DNA of 48,422 bases from Halocafeteria seosinensis (lineage: Eukaryota), in contig LVLI01000234.1 of the NCBI GenBank assembly GCA_001687465.1, positions 62,001 to 110,422 on the forward strand, read 5' to 3'. Under the pieces are notes generated by a model. It saw nothing but the letters and a program-made list of their open reading frames with translations, was not told the origin of the DNA and made no database searches. The position numbers were made by a program, and so were the translations under genes. Positions 11,652 through 23,535 of the stretch are shown in pieces. Position 1 is the first letter of the stretch. Each line of letters starts with the position of its first letter.

Positions 11652-14618
11652 ATGGAGACTTCAACGACCCCTTCCAGAGAGGGTTATATGCCTCCTATAC
11701 CTGTATTACCGTCTTCGAGTACCACATTTCCTCCCGCTGTAGACCGCGCAAGACCACTGATGGGACGATACTTCTTATTCCGGGACCATTATCACCAGAG
11801 AACGTATTATCCGCACTACGATGACGACGACGAAAAGGAAGGGAAGAAAGCCGCATATGAGGAGGAGGATAGTGATGCCGACGAGGAGGAGGGGGAAGGA
11901 GAAGAAGAGGAGGATGAAAAAGAGGCAGACTATCACAGGCCGTCGGTATGGCTGGCCAACGCGTGGAACCATGTCCGAGTGTCGAAGAAACCAAAAACCC
12001 CAGCTAACGTAAAAAAGTGGTCAAAGACTTCGGGATGTAGGACTCATACGGAAGAAGTGTCCACCACGTCGCAGTCCATACAGAAATCGACTTCCCATCA
12101 ATCCAATACTCAAGAGCGTAAAGAAGAAATAATACGGAGAAGAAGGAAGCAAAGGAAACGAAAACGACGGCGGGATGATCGTTGTGGGTGGGCGACAATT
12201 TGCTCAGGGACAGCTCTGCGTCTCAATTGCATAGCACTCTTGGCAGCAGCTGTCAATTTAGGATGGGCTGTTGGAGAAACATTGCTGCTTCCGTTTTTGT
12301 TACGTTTGGGAGTTCATTCTTCACTTGCTGCACTTGTGTGGGCCATCAACCCCATTTTTGGAATCGTGCTTCAAGGGCTTGTGGGTGTATTCACTGATCA
12401 AACGGGAAGGTTGAAGACGCTAGCGGTATGCTTTAGTATCACAGCATGCATGGGATTGCTATTAGTAGCATATGCACCAGCCATTTTGGATTCCTTTTAC
12501 TCATCTAACGTAGCACCATTGGTACGTTTGCCCTGTTTCATTCTTCACTGCTTGGAACGTTATTCACGAATCCTTTGGTTCATGTCGCAACCGATCCTAA
12601 CAGCTGTTATGTTTATAGCATTTGGCATCGCCGACTTGTCGCATGATCTCATACTCACTCCAGGAAGGTGTTTGGTGGGGAAACACGCCGCCGCTGAAGG
12701 TTCCCGATGGATCCCACGTGGAAACGCCGTGTGGTCGACTATGTCAAACGCCGGAAGAGTACTTGGTCTCACTGTATCTGTTCTTCCCCTTAACGAGCTT
12801 CACGGGGTGTCCGCAGTTGCCCATAGCCGTATACAAGCGGTCTTTGTATTCACAGTTATCGTTAATGTAATATTGACTGTAGTATCACTTGTAACTGCCA
12901 CCAAAGGCAAGAGGCAAACCCGCATTGAAGAGCAAGGAGAACAGGAAACCTATAGCCCTTCTATTGGTTACGAGTCTGGAAAGGAGCCTGAGTGTGACGT
13001 CCCTGGAGACAGTGGGTATTTTCCTGCTATGTATGCGGCCCTAAAGAACGATAACGGGTATCAACAAGAGGATACGTCTGAGTCGCATACCCAGTTGACG
13101 TTGGACAATGATACCGTATGCCCTGACGCGGATACGTACATAAAATTCTCAGAGTCCAACAACGTCTCTGATGGGCTCGAAGAATGCATCCGGCGACACG
13201 ATGTTACAACGGCGGTGCAAACAGAGGACGCGTACGTTATGCTTTCTGAACCTACAGCTGACGAACTTGATGATTTCGAAGCTTCCCGCCCGGCTGAGAA
13301 CGAGAGGACGTTTTCTCATGAACAGAACGACGGCGAACATTCTACCGATTCGTTTCAAGGGAGCGCTGGCAATTCTCCAAAGTCAAAAGGGAGCGGTGAA
13401 GTAGCAAGCCCTACACCCTCATATATACCCTCGACTCTGGAAGTTCCATTAATAGAGGAAACTGTCACGTTTCCTGAGAGTGTCGCATCCTTGGACAAGC
13501 TTGAAGAGGCTAGTGGGAACAATGCCAAAGATGCGGTATTATCCCTTCCTGTGGAAACGCTACCTACTCACGAAAGAGGCAATTCTTCAGGGTGGACTTG
13601 GACTGATGTTTTTCACGATCTGCGTCTCCTCGTCTTCATGCCCAAAGAAATTCGGACAGTAAGTACATTTAGACGTAGTATAGACTAGCTTTCATTAAGC
13701 AAGACTTGTTTTTATATTCAGGTGTTTTTGCTGCAATGTGGAGGATGGTTTCTGTTCAATCTTGAGTGCTTCTATCTAACTTCTTGGGTGGCACTTCGTG
13801 TATTCGATGGGGAAAACTGTCATCCCACAAGACCCTCAAACGAGTGCGATGACAATCAATTTGAAGACGGGGTACAATGGGGTATATATTGTTTGATTCT
13901 CCAGGCAGTATTGGCTATATCTTTCGCCCCGTGCATACCGAAACTGAACAAATGGTATGGTACAGCAAAAGTCTACTTCCTTACGGAGCTACTGCTGGGA
14001 GCAGTTGTATGCATGTTCATCCTCCCGTTCGTCCAGACGAAGGTGGGAGTCCTAATTATTTCTATTCCGGTATGTCAGCTTTTACGCACATGAGTTATTT
14101 GGCGCTTGATATTGTCTTTTTTTTTTCTACAGCTCGGATTGGGACCAGCAGTGCACCTGCAAAACCCTTTTGTATTAGTAGACTACCGCTCGCGGAAGGA
14201 AGGAAAACGAGCTACATACACGGCAATTCTGACAACAGCAATGGTCGCCAGCCAGCTTGCACTATCTGCATTCGCCTCGTCAATATTGGGTCTGTATCAT
14301 CGTTTCGGGATCACGAGCTCGGAACCCTCCGCTATAGCTCGGGGCAATGGTATCGGTTTGACTATCGTGCTAGTCACCGCCGGTGTGTTAGTGGTCGTTC
14401 TCGACTTGGCGCTTATGAAACGATTCTTTAGAGATGCAGCATCTTTAGCCCCTCCAGTCGTCCGCGAAGATGATAGTAGCGTCACGGCTACGCCATTAGA
14501 TCAGAACCTCTTATATGACTCTGATACCCAGGATGTATCCTCATCCACGATTCAGCAGGATTCACTCATCGAAGCATCAAATGCACCGTTCGCAGCCGAA
14601 GATACTTCGAGGGTATAG
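11652..14618 (+). CDS. MFS transporter, sucrose/H+ symporter (SUT/SLC45)-like, with long N-terminus and large central loop
   Basis: Two hydrophobic helical bundles separated by an acidic loop. Motifs NLGWAVGETLLLPFL..LVWAINPIFGIVLQGLVGVFTD, MPKEI..QCGGW and FEDGVQWG. Introns near 13659-13721 and 14070-14131 join the three ORFs. Confidence 0.85.
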
Positions 14619-15186
14619 TCGAAGTACTGTCTCAGGGTAATTTTACGTAACTGGGTCAGTCAAGCAGTAAACGTTTTCATTATGCTACATGCTGTATTCT
14701 CTGTGCAAAACAAACCACTGCCGATAAAGCTACGTACGTGTGCCACAATAGTACGGTGTGCAGTAGGTTCACTACATACGCTGCCTCACTGGCACTAAGA
14801 CATTAAGAGATACATCCTTCCGCGTGGTCTTGTCGAATTTCGAGCACCGTAAACGGTTGCTTCGGATCATAAGCTCTGAAAGTTCCGATGCACTTCCAAT
14901 TGTATCCGTGTTGACTCAGTTCCTGCGGAACGTTCCGCATTGCTCGCCGACACACGACTCGAGTCGCTCGACAGCCCTGTATTGATCGTCAGGAGGGTGT
15001 TGTTTCATCGACAGCAGGATAGTATATATGTACTACCATATATATGTTTTAGCAACTCTGATTCAGTGCATTATGGGATGTAAAGAGTGCTGATGTAATA
15101 TATAGTCGGTAGGGAACTTGAACAGCCGACTTCCGGCCGCATTTCAACGCCATTCGGGACCTATATGGCCCATTATTGGAGGCAGG

Positions 15187-17316
15187 ATGAATGAATGCCT
15201 TCACGCACATACACCTTGTAGGAAAGGCGCCCAGGGAGCGCTTAACCGACACAAAAGGCCACGGGCACGTTGGAGCTCGTCGAACGCATTTTCGTACGCT
15301 ACTGGGAGAGCCTATCTGCAGTCCATAGTGCTGCCGTTGATTGCAGTATTATGTACAATTTCTCCAACAGAAGTAAACGGAGAAGATCTGCGAAGCCAGC
15401 TCCTCAATCCAGAGGAGGAGTGCTTTTCGTTCAACTCGACACTGAAACTCTGGGAGCAACTTTGCCATATTCATTGGGAAGGAAAAGGGTTCCAAAAGGT
15501 GGATTATCTTGCTTTGCAAAAGGATGAAATATACGACGGAAACAACTATCATATAGATTTGGAAGGGATAACAGACTTTGAGGGACTCTTCTCCTTCAGT
15601 GAGGACTCTGGAGTCGTCGATTCTTTGGAGCACGCCCCTGTAGTGAGAAATGTGCACGTTCGAAATGGACAGTTGGCGGATGATTCGGGATATATTCTTC
15701 GACGGGGTCAGACGTTCTTTCGAGTGAAAAACTGCAGCTCAACTGGTGTTATTGGGCGCAATAGATGTGGTGGTATTGCAGGACCCTGGACTGCCGAGGG
15801 TGGTATGGTGGTAATCGAGGATTGTCACTCAACTGGAGAGATACAGGCGTGGAGTGGCGGTGGGATTGTAGGATTCGGTGCAGCTGTATCATCGGGTACA
15901 ATCAATATAACGGGGTGTCATTCTTCTGGTGATATTAATGGTGTGGAAGCCGGTGGAATTTGTGGATCATACAACCCTAATAACGCTGGCCCGGGTGGTG
16001 GAGCAAGTGCTTCCACACTTCACGTGTCAAAGTCTTACTCCAGCGGAGCAATCAAAAGCTTTGGTTCCGGTGGTATAATTGGTAGCAGTTGTGGATATAA
16101 CCATGGATACGTTCGTGTCTCTGAATGCTTTGCACTAGGTCCCTTAGGATTCGACGGAGCTCAATGTGGTGGCATAGTTGGAGCAGCGGCGGGACAGCAA
16201 AATGGGACAGTAGATATTGAAAACTCTTACTACGACGGAGCTATGTCCGGATTTGCTGTAGGTGGCATTACAGGCGAAAATACAGGCTTTCGTTTTGGTG
16301 TTGTGCATATTGCGAACGTTTACGTCGCGTCCAGCACAGATTCATATTTGATCGGTGAGGTGGATAGCAGTGCAACAGAAGTCACTGTTCGGTACTCTGT
16401 GTATGACGACCGCATTGTAAACGTGGGGGGGAGCGATGTCACCGCAGCAGAGGGAAATATCGGTCATCTGAGTAAAATCGAAAGAAGCATCCATCCTCTC
16501 TGGAGTGAGGAAATATGGTATGTGCCTAGTGTTGGTCAGTACCCGCGTTTAAGAGCTTTCGCAACCCTACCTTCGAGACCCGGAGCTACAGTTACTCCTC
16601 CGACCGTCCCTACGCCTACGACGAGGTTAACAGCAACGAGCACTAGCCCCCCAGCAACGTCATCTAGTGTCTCCGTTACTCAAACCAACACATGCAGCGG
16701 ATCAATTTCCTCCAGAGCTTCTCCCGGACGAACTTCCTCGTCTTCCATGGAAGCCAGCAGCTCCAGTAGTGCCTCCGTTACTCAGACCAACACGTCCAGT
16801 GGATCAACTTCCCTGAAACCCTCTGGCTCCTTGACTTCCCCTTCAACTCCAACGCAGTGCGTGACACCATCACCTAGCCGGTCCTCTTCGCCCTCTTCCT
16901 CGGGTAGCGCAACTGTTAGCCCTATTCCTCCATCATTGACACCTAGTGCTACCAACCGCATCCCCAACGAAAGCAGCACCTCGGGTGTGACCAGTTCCTC
17001 GTCAGTACCATTTCCAACAACTAGCTCGACTTATACTCAATTTCCGTCTCCAACGCGGACAAATACTTACCCCAAAGGCGAGAGTGTAACACCGTCATAC
17101 ACAAGCACCTCGAAGCAGCCAACCAATCATCACTCCTCGACGCCGTCATTATCGGCAACTGCTAGCGAAGCGCACCCGACGTCTTCATCTGACAGTACCG
17201 CAACCCCTTCAGAGGAATTCAAACCGCCAGCTGGAAGCAATGACCGCGACTCGAAGGCGTCGAGATTTCGCGTTGTTCGGCGATGTGTAAAAATTTGCCG
17301 TAAGCGAAAGCCATAA
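15187..17316 (+). CDS. Secreted or type II-anchored Gly-rich beta-helix (GLUG-like repeat) protein with Ser/Thr/Pro mucin-like tail (709 aa, intronless)
   Basis: The first in-frame ATG is at 15187. Hydrophobic segment IVLPLIAVLCTIS, repeated C-x-S-x-G-x-I...GGI(A/V/C)G units, and an S/T/P-rich C-terminal third. Confidence 0.75.
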   Translation: MNECLHAHTPCRKGAQGALNRHKRPRARWSSSNAFSYATGRAYLQSIVLPLIAVLCTISPTEVNGEDLRSQLLNPEEECFSFNSTLKLWEQLCHIHWEGKGFQKVDYLALQKDEIYDGNNYHIDLEGITDFEGLFSFSEDSGVVDSLEHAPVVRNVHVRNGQLADDSGYILRRGQTFFRVKNCSSTGVIGRNRCGGIAGPWTAEGGMVVIEDCHSTGEIQAWSGGGIVGFGAAVSSGTINITGCHSSGDINGVEAGGICGSYNPNNAGPGGGASASTLHVSKSYSSGAIKSFGSGGIIGSSCGYNHGYVRVSECFALGPLGFDGAQCGGIVGAAAGQQNGTVDIENSYYDGAMSGFAVGGITGENTGFRFGVVHIANVYVASSTDSYLIGEVDSSATEVTVRYSVYDDRIVNVGGSDVTAAEGNIGHLSKIERSIHPLWSEEIWYVPSVGQYPRLRAFATLPSRPGATVTPPTVPTPTTRLTATSTSPPATSSSVSVTQTNTCSGSISSRASPGRTSSSSMEASSSSSASVTQTNTSSGSTSLKPSGSLTSPSTPTQCVTPSPSRSSSPSSSGSATVSPIPPSLTPSATNRIPNESSTSGVTSSSSVPFPTTSSTYTQFPSPTRTNTYPKGESVTPSYTSTSKQPTNHHSSTPSLSATASEAHPTSSSDSTATPSEEFKPPAGSNDRDSKASRFRVVRRCVKICRKRKP

Positions 17317-17554
17317 GGCAGAACACTTGCGGTGACTTTCTCCTTCCAAAAACTTGGAATCCAATATTTTTACCCTGCTAATGTTAATAGTGTAGCGCCC
17401 AACGGTGCAATCTTTTCGTCTACTTGACAGAAGAAATAGAAATCATATGCACAAATGCTGTTTAAAGTACGCGCCATTTTAGGATTTGTCCATTCTCGAC
17501 TACTTCTGCTTCTCAAACTTGCCATAGGATGCAAAACTTTCTGTATAGGACGTC

Positions 17555-20500
17555 ATGGCAGAGCAACCTCAACTTCAACATGGGGGAGGTGGTGGTGAGA
17601 ATCGTAGCAGCCAGGGAGGGTCCTTGACGGTCAAGAAGTCTGGCGCTCTGCAAAAGCGTTTCGTGCAGATAATTTCGTACGCAATGCTTCGTTGGAGATA
17701 CTCGCGAGAAGTTGATGTCAACGCAGAGGGTGAAAATAAGCCTCATCATCCTGTTGTGGAGTTCCTCACAAAACCCCTTCCGTCCATCAGAGATGATATT
17801 TTCGATGATGTCCAGAATTCATCAAATTCAACACCTGTAACCGAGCGCAACGATGAGGAACCCTCCATAGCGCACTTGGATAAGGAAACTATCGATGCAC
17901 GCTTGAAAACACATCTGGAACATTTGGCCACCATTCTGGAATCGTCCGAAATACCGGCTGAATTTGAATATTATCCAGATCCGTCCTCCTCTGCTTCGGA
18001 GCCCATTGCTCAGCCATCTCCAGTATTTCGGAATCATGTCTCCAGAGCCCTCACGTTGGCAACGAGGGACTACCTCGTCCACAAGGAGAAGCATTATTCT
18101 CCATTAGGGGAACGAGACGACTCTGGCATTCAAAAGTTCAGAGCTGTAATTGTTCGCACAATATGGGAGGTAAGCAAAACAAAAGCTGCATACGGCACCC
18201 AAGTCAACCTTGAATAGACGTAACTGTTTAAGCATCCAGGTAACTCAATTGGTCGTCGAGTCTCTACGTCAAGGAATCGTTGGTTTGCATGATCCGGTAT
18301 ATCACCCAGGATTGACAGTCCTCTGCCATTGCATGCTAAGTTTGAAGAGTAAATGGGACCGTCAAGATGACCATATGACAACGATAGGCCATAGCGATAA
18401 CTTGCGGGAGTATCTTAATCCTTCCGGAGACGGTACCTCATCGCTACCGGAATATGTGGAGGTAGACGTGGACGGATTTCTCGACGGTCTGTTAGAGGAG
18501 TTTCAGCAAAGGATGCGTAGCTGTTCACAGACGACAGTAGAAACCGAACCCTTCTTTATCAGCCTATCTTTTATCGTCTTGATAGCTGACGCTTTTGGGT
18601 TCACTATCACCGTTTCTCCTCCGCGGCTGCAGCTGATAGTGTCGCTACTCGAATTTGGCGCGAATAATTCCGCCAGGTATTTAGTGAGAAAGCTTTTTGG
18701 TAAGCCGCTGGCATTTAGCGTTCTTCGCTCTTGCTCTTAAAGGATCGTTGGATTGTGTTCTCTACAGTTGAGAAAGGGGCATGTCTCGATTCCATATCCA
18801 ACATGCTTATTGACCAAGATAAACGAAGATGTTGTCTGGATAGAGTGAGTGCATCCTTGTTCCGAACGAAGAGTGATAGCATTAAATTATTAAGCATCTA
18901 CTCCATGAATGCAGTTTTTTCGCATTGCCAAGGAAAGAAATCTTATTGGGAAGACACTGGATGAATGTATTTCGCAGATAGAGGAGAAACGCCTGTGCCA
19001 CGGTGCGCTTACGGGCCTCGTCAGTCCTTCCAGTAATTCAATTACTCATGTCGAGGAAAAACCAATATCATTTCCCTTCGAGGAATATTCTAGTTGTCCT
19101 TCGATACCCGCTTTAGAAGCTGCTCGTGTGGCGATGTTGTCCTTCTTTGTGTCAGAGTCGACCGCGCGCAGTAATGAGGACTCCCGTAGTAAGCCTAGTA
19201 CAGTTTCGACAGTGCGCGCATCGTACTTAGAGGATGAATCAGACGGATTAAAAAAGTCATACGAACGTCTTGAGAGTCTTGGTAAAATTGTTGAGACATA
19301 TCGCGAAAAGCTGTGTCAACTCGTGCTTCGAAATTTATCTACGAGTGACATAGTGGATGTTATTTTCCCCCAAGCAACAAATGAAACTTGTAGGAAGCGC
19401 ATACTGATCGGTGATAGTAAAATAGCAGAAGCTCTTCGTCTGGGCAATGCAACGAAGTGGGAAGCGTTAACACCCGTGGAAGTACTGAAGGAAGCGCAGA
19501 GCTTTTGCTCGGACTTACTACAGTATGTTCGCTCACCAGAAAGGGTACTGACAAACTCTATCAACCAACTGGTAGATAAGGGGAGGCTTGACCTCAGTGT
19601 TACGTTCGCTGGAACTGATTTGAGATTGCAAGTGTTTCTCGTTGATGCGCTTACAAGTAAAGGGAAAATAGAAGAGGCAAAATATTTGTCTCGTGAGTTT
19701 GAACTCAGCCGGCGAGTTGGGACAGTGGTTGCAATTTTTGAAGGACTAAATTCGGTGGCTTTGTCTGGCTCTGAAGTTACGTATTCACCTCAATGGTTTA
19801 GTGCCCTGAAGCAGCGAAAGGACAGTCAAATGCCAAAGCCGTTCACATCACGTTTCGGTTGTGACCTCAGCGAGCTTTTAAGAACGTACCCATCCGCGGA
19901 ACAGGATCAGTGTCTGAATGTTCCTATGATATTTTACGATTCTATGGTGGGTTTTCTTCAGAATTCAAATTATCGCAACCTACGTGAGCCAATACGAGCG
20001 GTGGGACAACCGGAAATGACGGTACCAGTGGTCACAGTATCAACGCTAGAAGACGTCAATGGTCTTGCTGAACTTCTACATGTGCGGGTACACGCGACGG
20101 GCAGTTTCAGTTTGCCTATTGTTGGGCTAGATGTGGAGTGGAGGCCCAATAGTATATACGATTATGTTACACCTTCGTATGACTCTCTCGCTGATGCTGA
20201 CCATACAGATTTTTTTCTTGGGAAATGGGCACTGCGTGCGAATGATGCGAGGACGTTTATAGGGCGGTACTATAACGATTTGCAAGACCAAGAGAATGGG
20301 TCTGTCGAATGGCCTGCGAGTATTCTCCAATTGGCCACAAACGAAATCACGCTCCTCGTTGATCTATTGGCGCTGCAGCAAGACCCGTCAACCGAATTAG
20401 ATACTGCCATGGATCACACTTTCGGAGATTTACTGCTAAGAAGCTCTTCCGTTTACATAACTGGGCATGGAGTTTCTGGAGATTTGCAAAAGATTGTGCG

Positions 20501-22230
20501 TACTCATCCTCGATGGCAGAATGTATTCTCGATGGCCTCCACAGTAATTGATTTAAGGAATCTGCCTCTTTACGGTGACCCTCAAATGACGAATCCTCCG
20601 CGGTCTATTGGTCTGGCCAAGTTGGTGGACCAAATCCTGGGCTGGAAACTCCGCAAGAAGGAGCAGACTAGTGACTGGCAGCAAAGGCCGCTTTCAGGAG
20701 AACAGAAACGCTATGGAGCTATAGACGCCTTTGTCGGTGTTGCTCTTGTGTGCTCATCGCTAGATATGCAAAGCTGGAGCGGGAGAAGTGGACTTGCGAG
20801 TGAAACGCTGAGATCCATTTCTGAAGATGTTCGGTTATCGCTGGGAGGGTTCAGCACTGATGAAGGCGGCATGTTTTGTTCGTTTTGGCATCGATACGTA
20901 CCATCGTTAGACTTGGACTTTATAAGGGATATGCAGAGCGTACTAAACATTCGGTGCCTACTATGCACTGTGCAGCCGGATGACATTAGTCTGGATGTCC
21001 GTCTTGCTGAACATGTGTGTGGAGAGTCTGCTTATCAAACATCCAAATTCATTGGGGTCAGTGTTGAGAGGATTGTGAAAACGCTTGCATTCACGGTTGC
21101 TGGCAAAAATGTCATCACATTAATGCCGGGGCATCTAAATGTCGACCCAATGAAATTGTCCCGTCTCATGGGTGTTTCATCCAGAAAAGTAAGGTTGGCT
21201 TCGCGAGTCCATTGCGAGGCGACGTACGGATATATACCTGGCGAATTTCCCCCAGTCGGATTCCCTCAAGACGTGCGCATTTTTATTGATACCTCTTTGG
21301 AATCTGCTGATTATGTGTACGGTGGGGGTGGTACCACCCGTCACATGTTAGTAACATATTTTGACGAACTCATACGTGTGAACAGGCACAACTCAAAAGG
21401 CATGGACCGAGTCTGCATTAGCGATCTGTCCAAATCAGGTAAGACTAGTAGCCAAATAGGTCATAGTGTTGCATTAAATTCCACGAATCGACTAGAGACG
21501 ATCGACGATATGGGATTAGAGCACTTATGGAATCCGCCAAAATTCTTGGCTGATTCCATGTTAGGACGCCTAGTTCGCTGGTTGCGCGTAATTGGCGTCG
21601 ACTGCTTGGATACGGAGCGCACTACACCCAGGGAAGACATGGTGAAGAAATCTCTAGAGACGGATCGAATACTTCTTACTCGAGATGCAAAAGTAGGTGC
21701 GTATTTCGACACTGTGTGGGAGAGTATCGTCTTCACTTTATTTCCTCATGCACAGTTAGTGTCGAGGAAAGATTTGTATCTAGCATTTTTAGTTCGGGAC
21801 AACGAGACGGCTGACCAATTCAAGCAGGTAAGCTTGTTGGCCTTTGCAGAAGGCGGCACAGTTAGAGACTCTTTTGTTTCCTAACAGGTTACCGAGCACT
21901 TTGGTATCGTCTGCTCCCCCTCCGGGCTAATGTCTCGTTGTGCGAAATGCAATGGGGAGGGATACTACAGACTAGATCGTGACACAGTCCGAGAAAAGTA
22001 CAGCCATATTGTCCATGAGAAGGTATGCAATTGCATTTTTATCTTTTTTTGTGTGCATTTCCTCCTCGCTGCATCTTTGGCTACTCTCATCCGATCTCCA
22101 GGTGCTCCAAACAGTGGAAGAGTACTGGCAATGTAGATCATGCGGAAAATTGTATTGGGAAGGCCCAAAGTTTTACGATACACGTGAAAAGTTTGAGGCT
22201 ATTCTTCACGAATATGAGAAAGTCTTCTAG
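17555..22230 (+). CDS. EXD3/mut-7-like DEDDy 3'-5' exonuclease fused to a YbaK/ProX tRNA-editing domain and Mut7-C (PIN + Zn ribbon); about 1421 aa, 7 exons
   Basis: Exons 17555-18169, 18240-18699, 18768-18844, 18915-21692, 21756-21827, 21888-22022 and 22102-22230 splice in frame. Exonuclease: VGLDVEW, GDL, SDWQQRPLS.EQ..YGAIDA. YbaK: IVKTL, GYIPGEFPPVG, IFID.SL, GGG. Mut7-C: FLADSMLGRLVRWLRVIGVD, ILLTRD, SRCAKCNG, CRSCGKLYWEG. Confidence 0.9.
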
Positions 22231-22467
22231 AATTGCAGAGATCGATTCGGCTAACCGGTTTTGTGTTGAACGAATCAAAGCACAAATGCTCGACGCGGTG
22301 ATGTCTACCTAGTCTCGATACTGTTCAGACTTCGTGATAGTGGAGGTGAAATGGTGGTTTGGCAGTATGGACAAGGCAATGTACCGGTAGAGTTGCAAAG
22401 ATAACCGTTGATGAAGTGCGGCAGAAGTTCTCTGTCTAGCAATCAATGTGTATAGCACCGAGGATTA

Positions 22468-22701
22468 GAAGTTTTGGCTGAGCAAACAAGCATACAATGT
22501 GTTTTTGTTACTCTTGGAACTTGGGGTTCTAGTCGCCGTGTGGCGAAGTGTTGCGTGAGCAAACAAAGCACGCGATGTGTTTTTGTTAACTCTTACAACT
22601 TCGGGTTCTAGTCGCCGCATGGCGAAGTGTTGGCTGAGCAAACAAAGCATGCAATGTGTTTTTGTTACTCTTACAACTTCGGGTTCTAGTCGCCGCGTGG
22701 C
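22468..22701. repeat. ~78-bp tandem repeat x3 (minisatellite)
   Basis: Copies at 22468-22544, 22545-22623 and 22624-22701 of gaagtgttggctgagcaaacaaagcatgcaatgtgtttttgttactcttacaacttcgggttctagtcgccgcgtggc. Confidence 0.95.
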
Positions 22702-22723
22702 GAACATGACGGCCAAACTGTCT

Positions 22724-22770
22724 GTCACGTTGATGCGCCACAATGTTAAGATGTGGCGCATCAACGTGAC
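22724..22770. repeat. Perfect 19-bp inverted repeat with 9-nt loop
   Basis: gtcacgttgatgcgccaca-atgttaaga-tgtggcgcatcaacgtgac. Confidence 0.95.
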
Positions 22771-22971
22771 CTGTAGACTACACATCTTCCGGTAGGAACA
22801 AAACTAGTATATACGGTCGAAGTTGGGGCACACGCTCGCTATTTTAGTCTCTGTTTTTGTCCTGCCTTGGCCGTGACGAAGGTATTTCCAGTTCCGGCTA
22901 AGGCTTCACCAATGGGTCTCGTAGACAGGGTTCTAAGCTGAGGATGAATAAGTCGGCGTCCTCTTCAATCG

Positions 22972-23150
22972 TATTGTAAGTTTCCTCATCACAAACTTAA
23001 ATTCAGTAGCATCACCAGCTCCAGATATATCACCATCCTCAATAGAAGAACCAGTAGCCGCACCGACATACTGGTCACCGTGTCCTGTGGACGTGGTATG
23101 GGTACCTGTTCTTAATTGTTCATAGCCTACCCATGAAGAATTCGAAAGGA
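22972..23150 (-). pseudogene. Possible isolated fragment resembling the listerin (LTN1) N-terminus
   Basis: SSWVGYEQ..QYVGAATGSSIEDGD..TEFKFVMRKLT is reminiscent of listerin's FIGF..GYVP..DFRMVLRKLSK region. The similarity stops abruptly. Confidence 0.3.
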
Positions 23151-23535
23151 CTAAGATGCAGTTAATCACAGTTCTGCACACAAGAGAGTATGTGGAGTAA
23201 TCGCGCATATAATGCAAGGGAACCAGACAGTTTGTACAATGTACTACCACATTCACTCGACTCGACTCGGTTAGTTCAGTCGCAAGTGCGACTGATGTGG
23301 ATACCTTCGACAACTTGTTTGGCGCATCGCATCCGGTCAAAATACGATCCTGTATAAGAATTGCCGTATCTCTCATTGCAATTTCATTAGTGTTGCAACT
23401 TTGAAGCCTTGTTGCTGTGGTTAAAGCATTGAAAGTTAAATTCCGGCAGCACGGGAAGGAGGGGCAAACAAATAACGCGCGTTTTCTCATTCGGCTTCAT
23501 TCCCAGTCCCATTTTTCACGCTATCTCAGTGAAAT

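Noticed and set aside
22719..22738. 15/20 match to the retroposon 3' end (ctgtctgtcacgttgatgcg)
   Set aside because: Short, no TG tail or TSD, and fully explained as one arm of the local palindrome. Likely chance.
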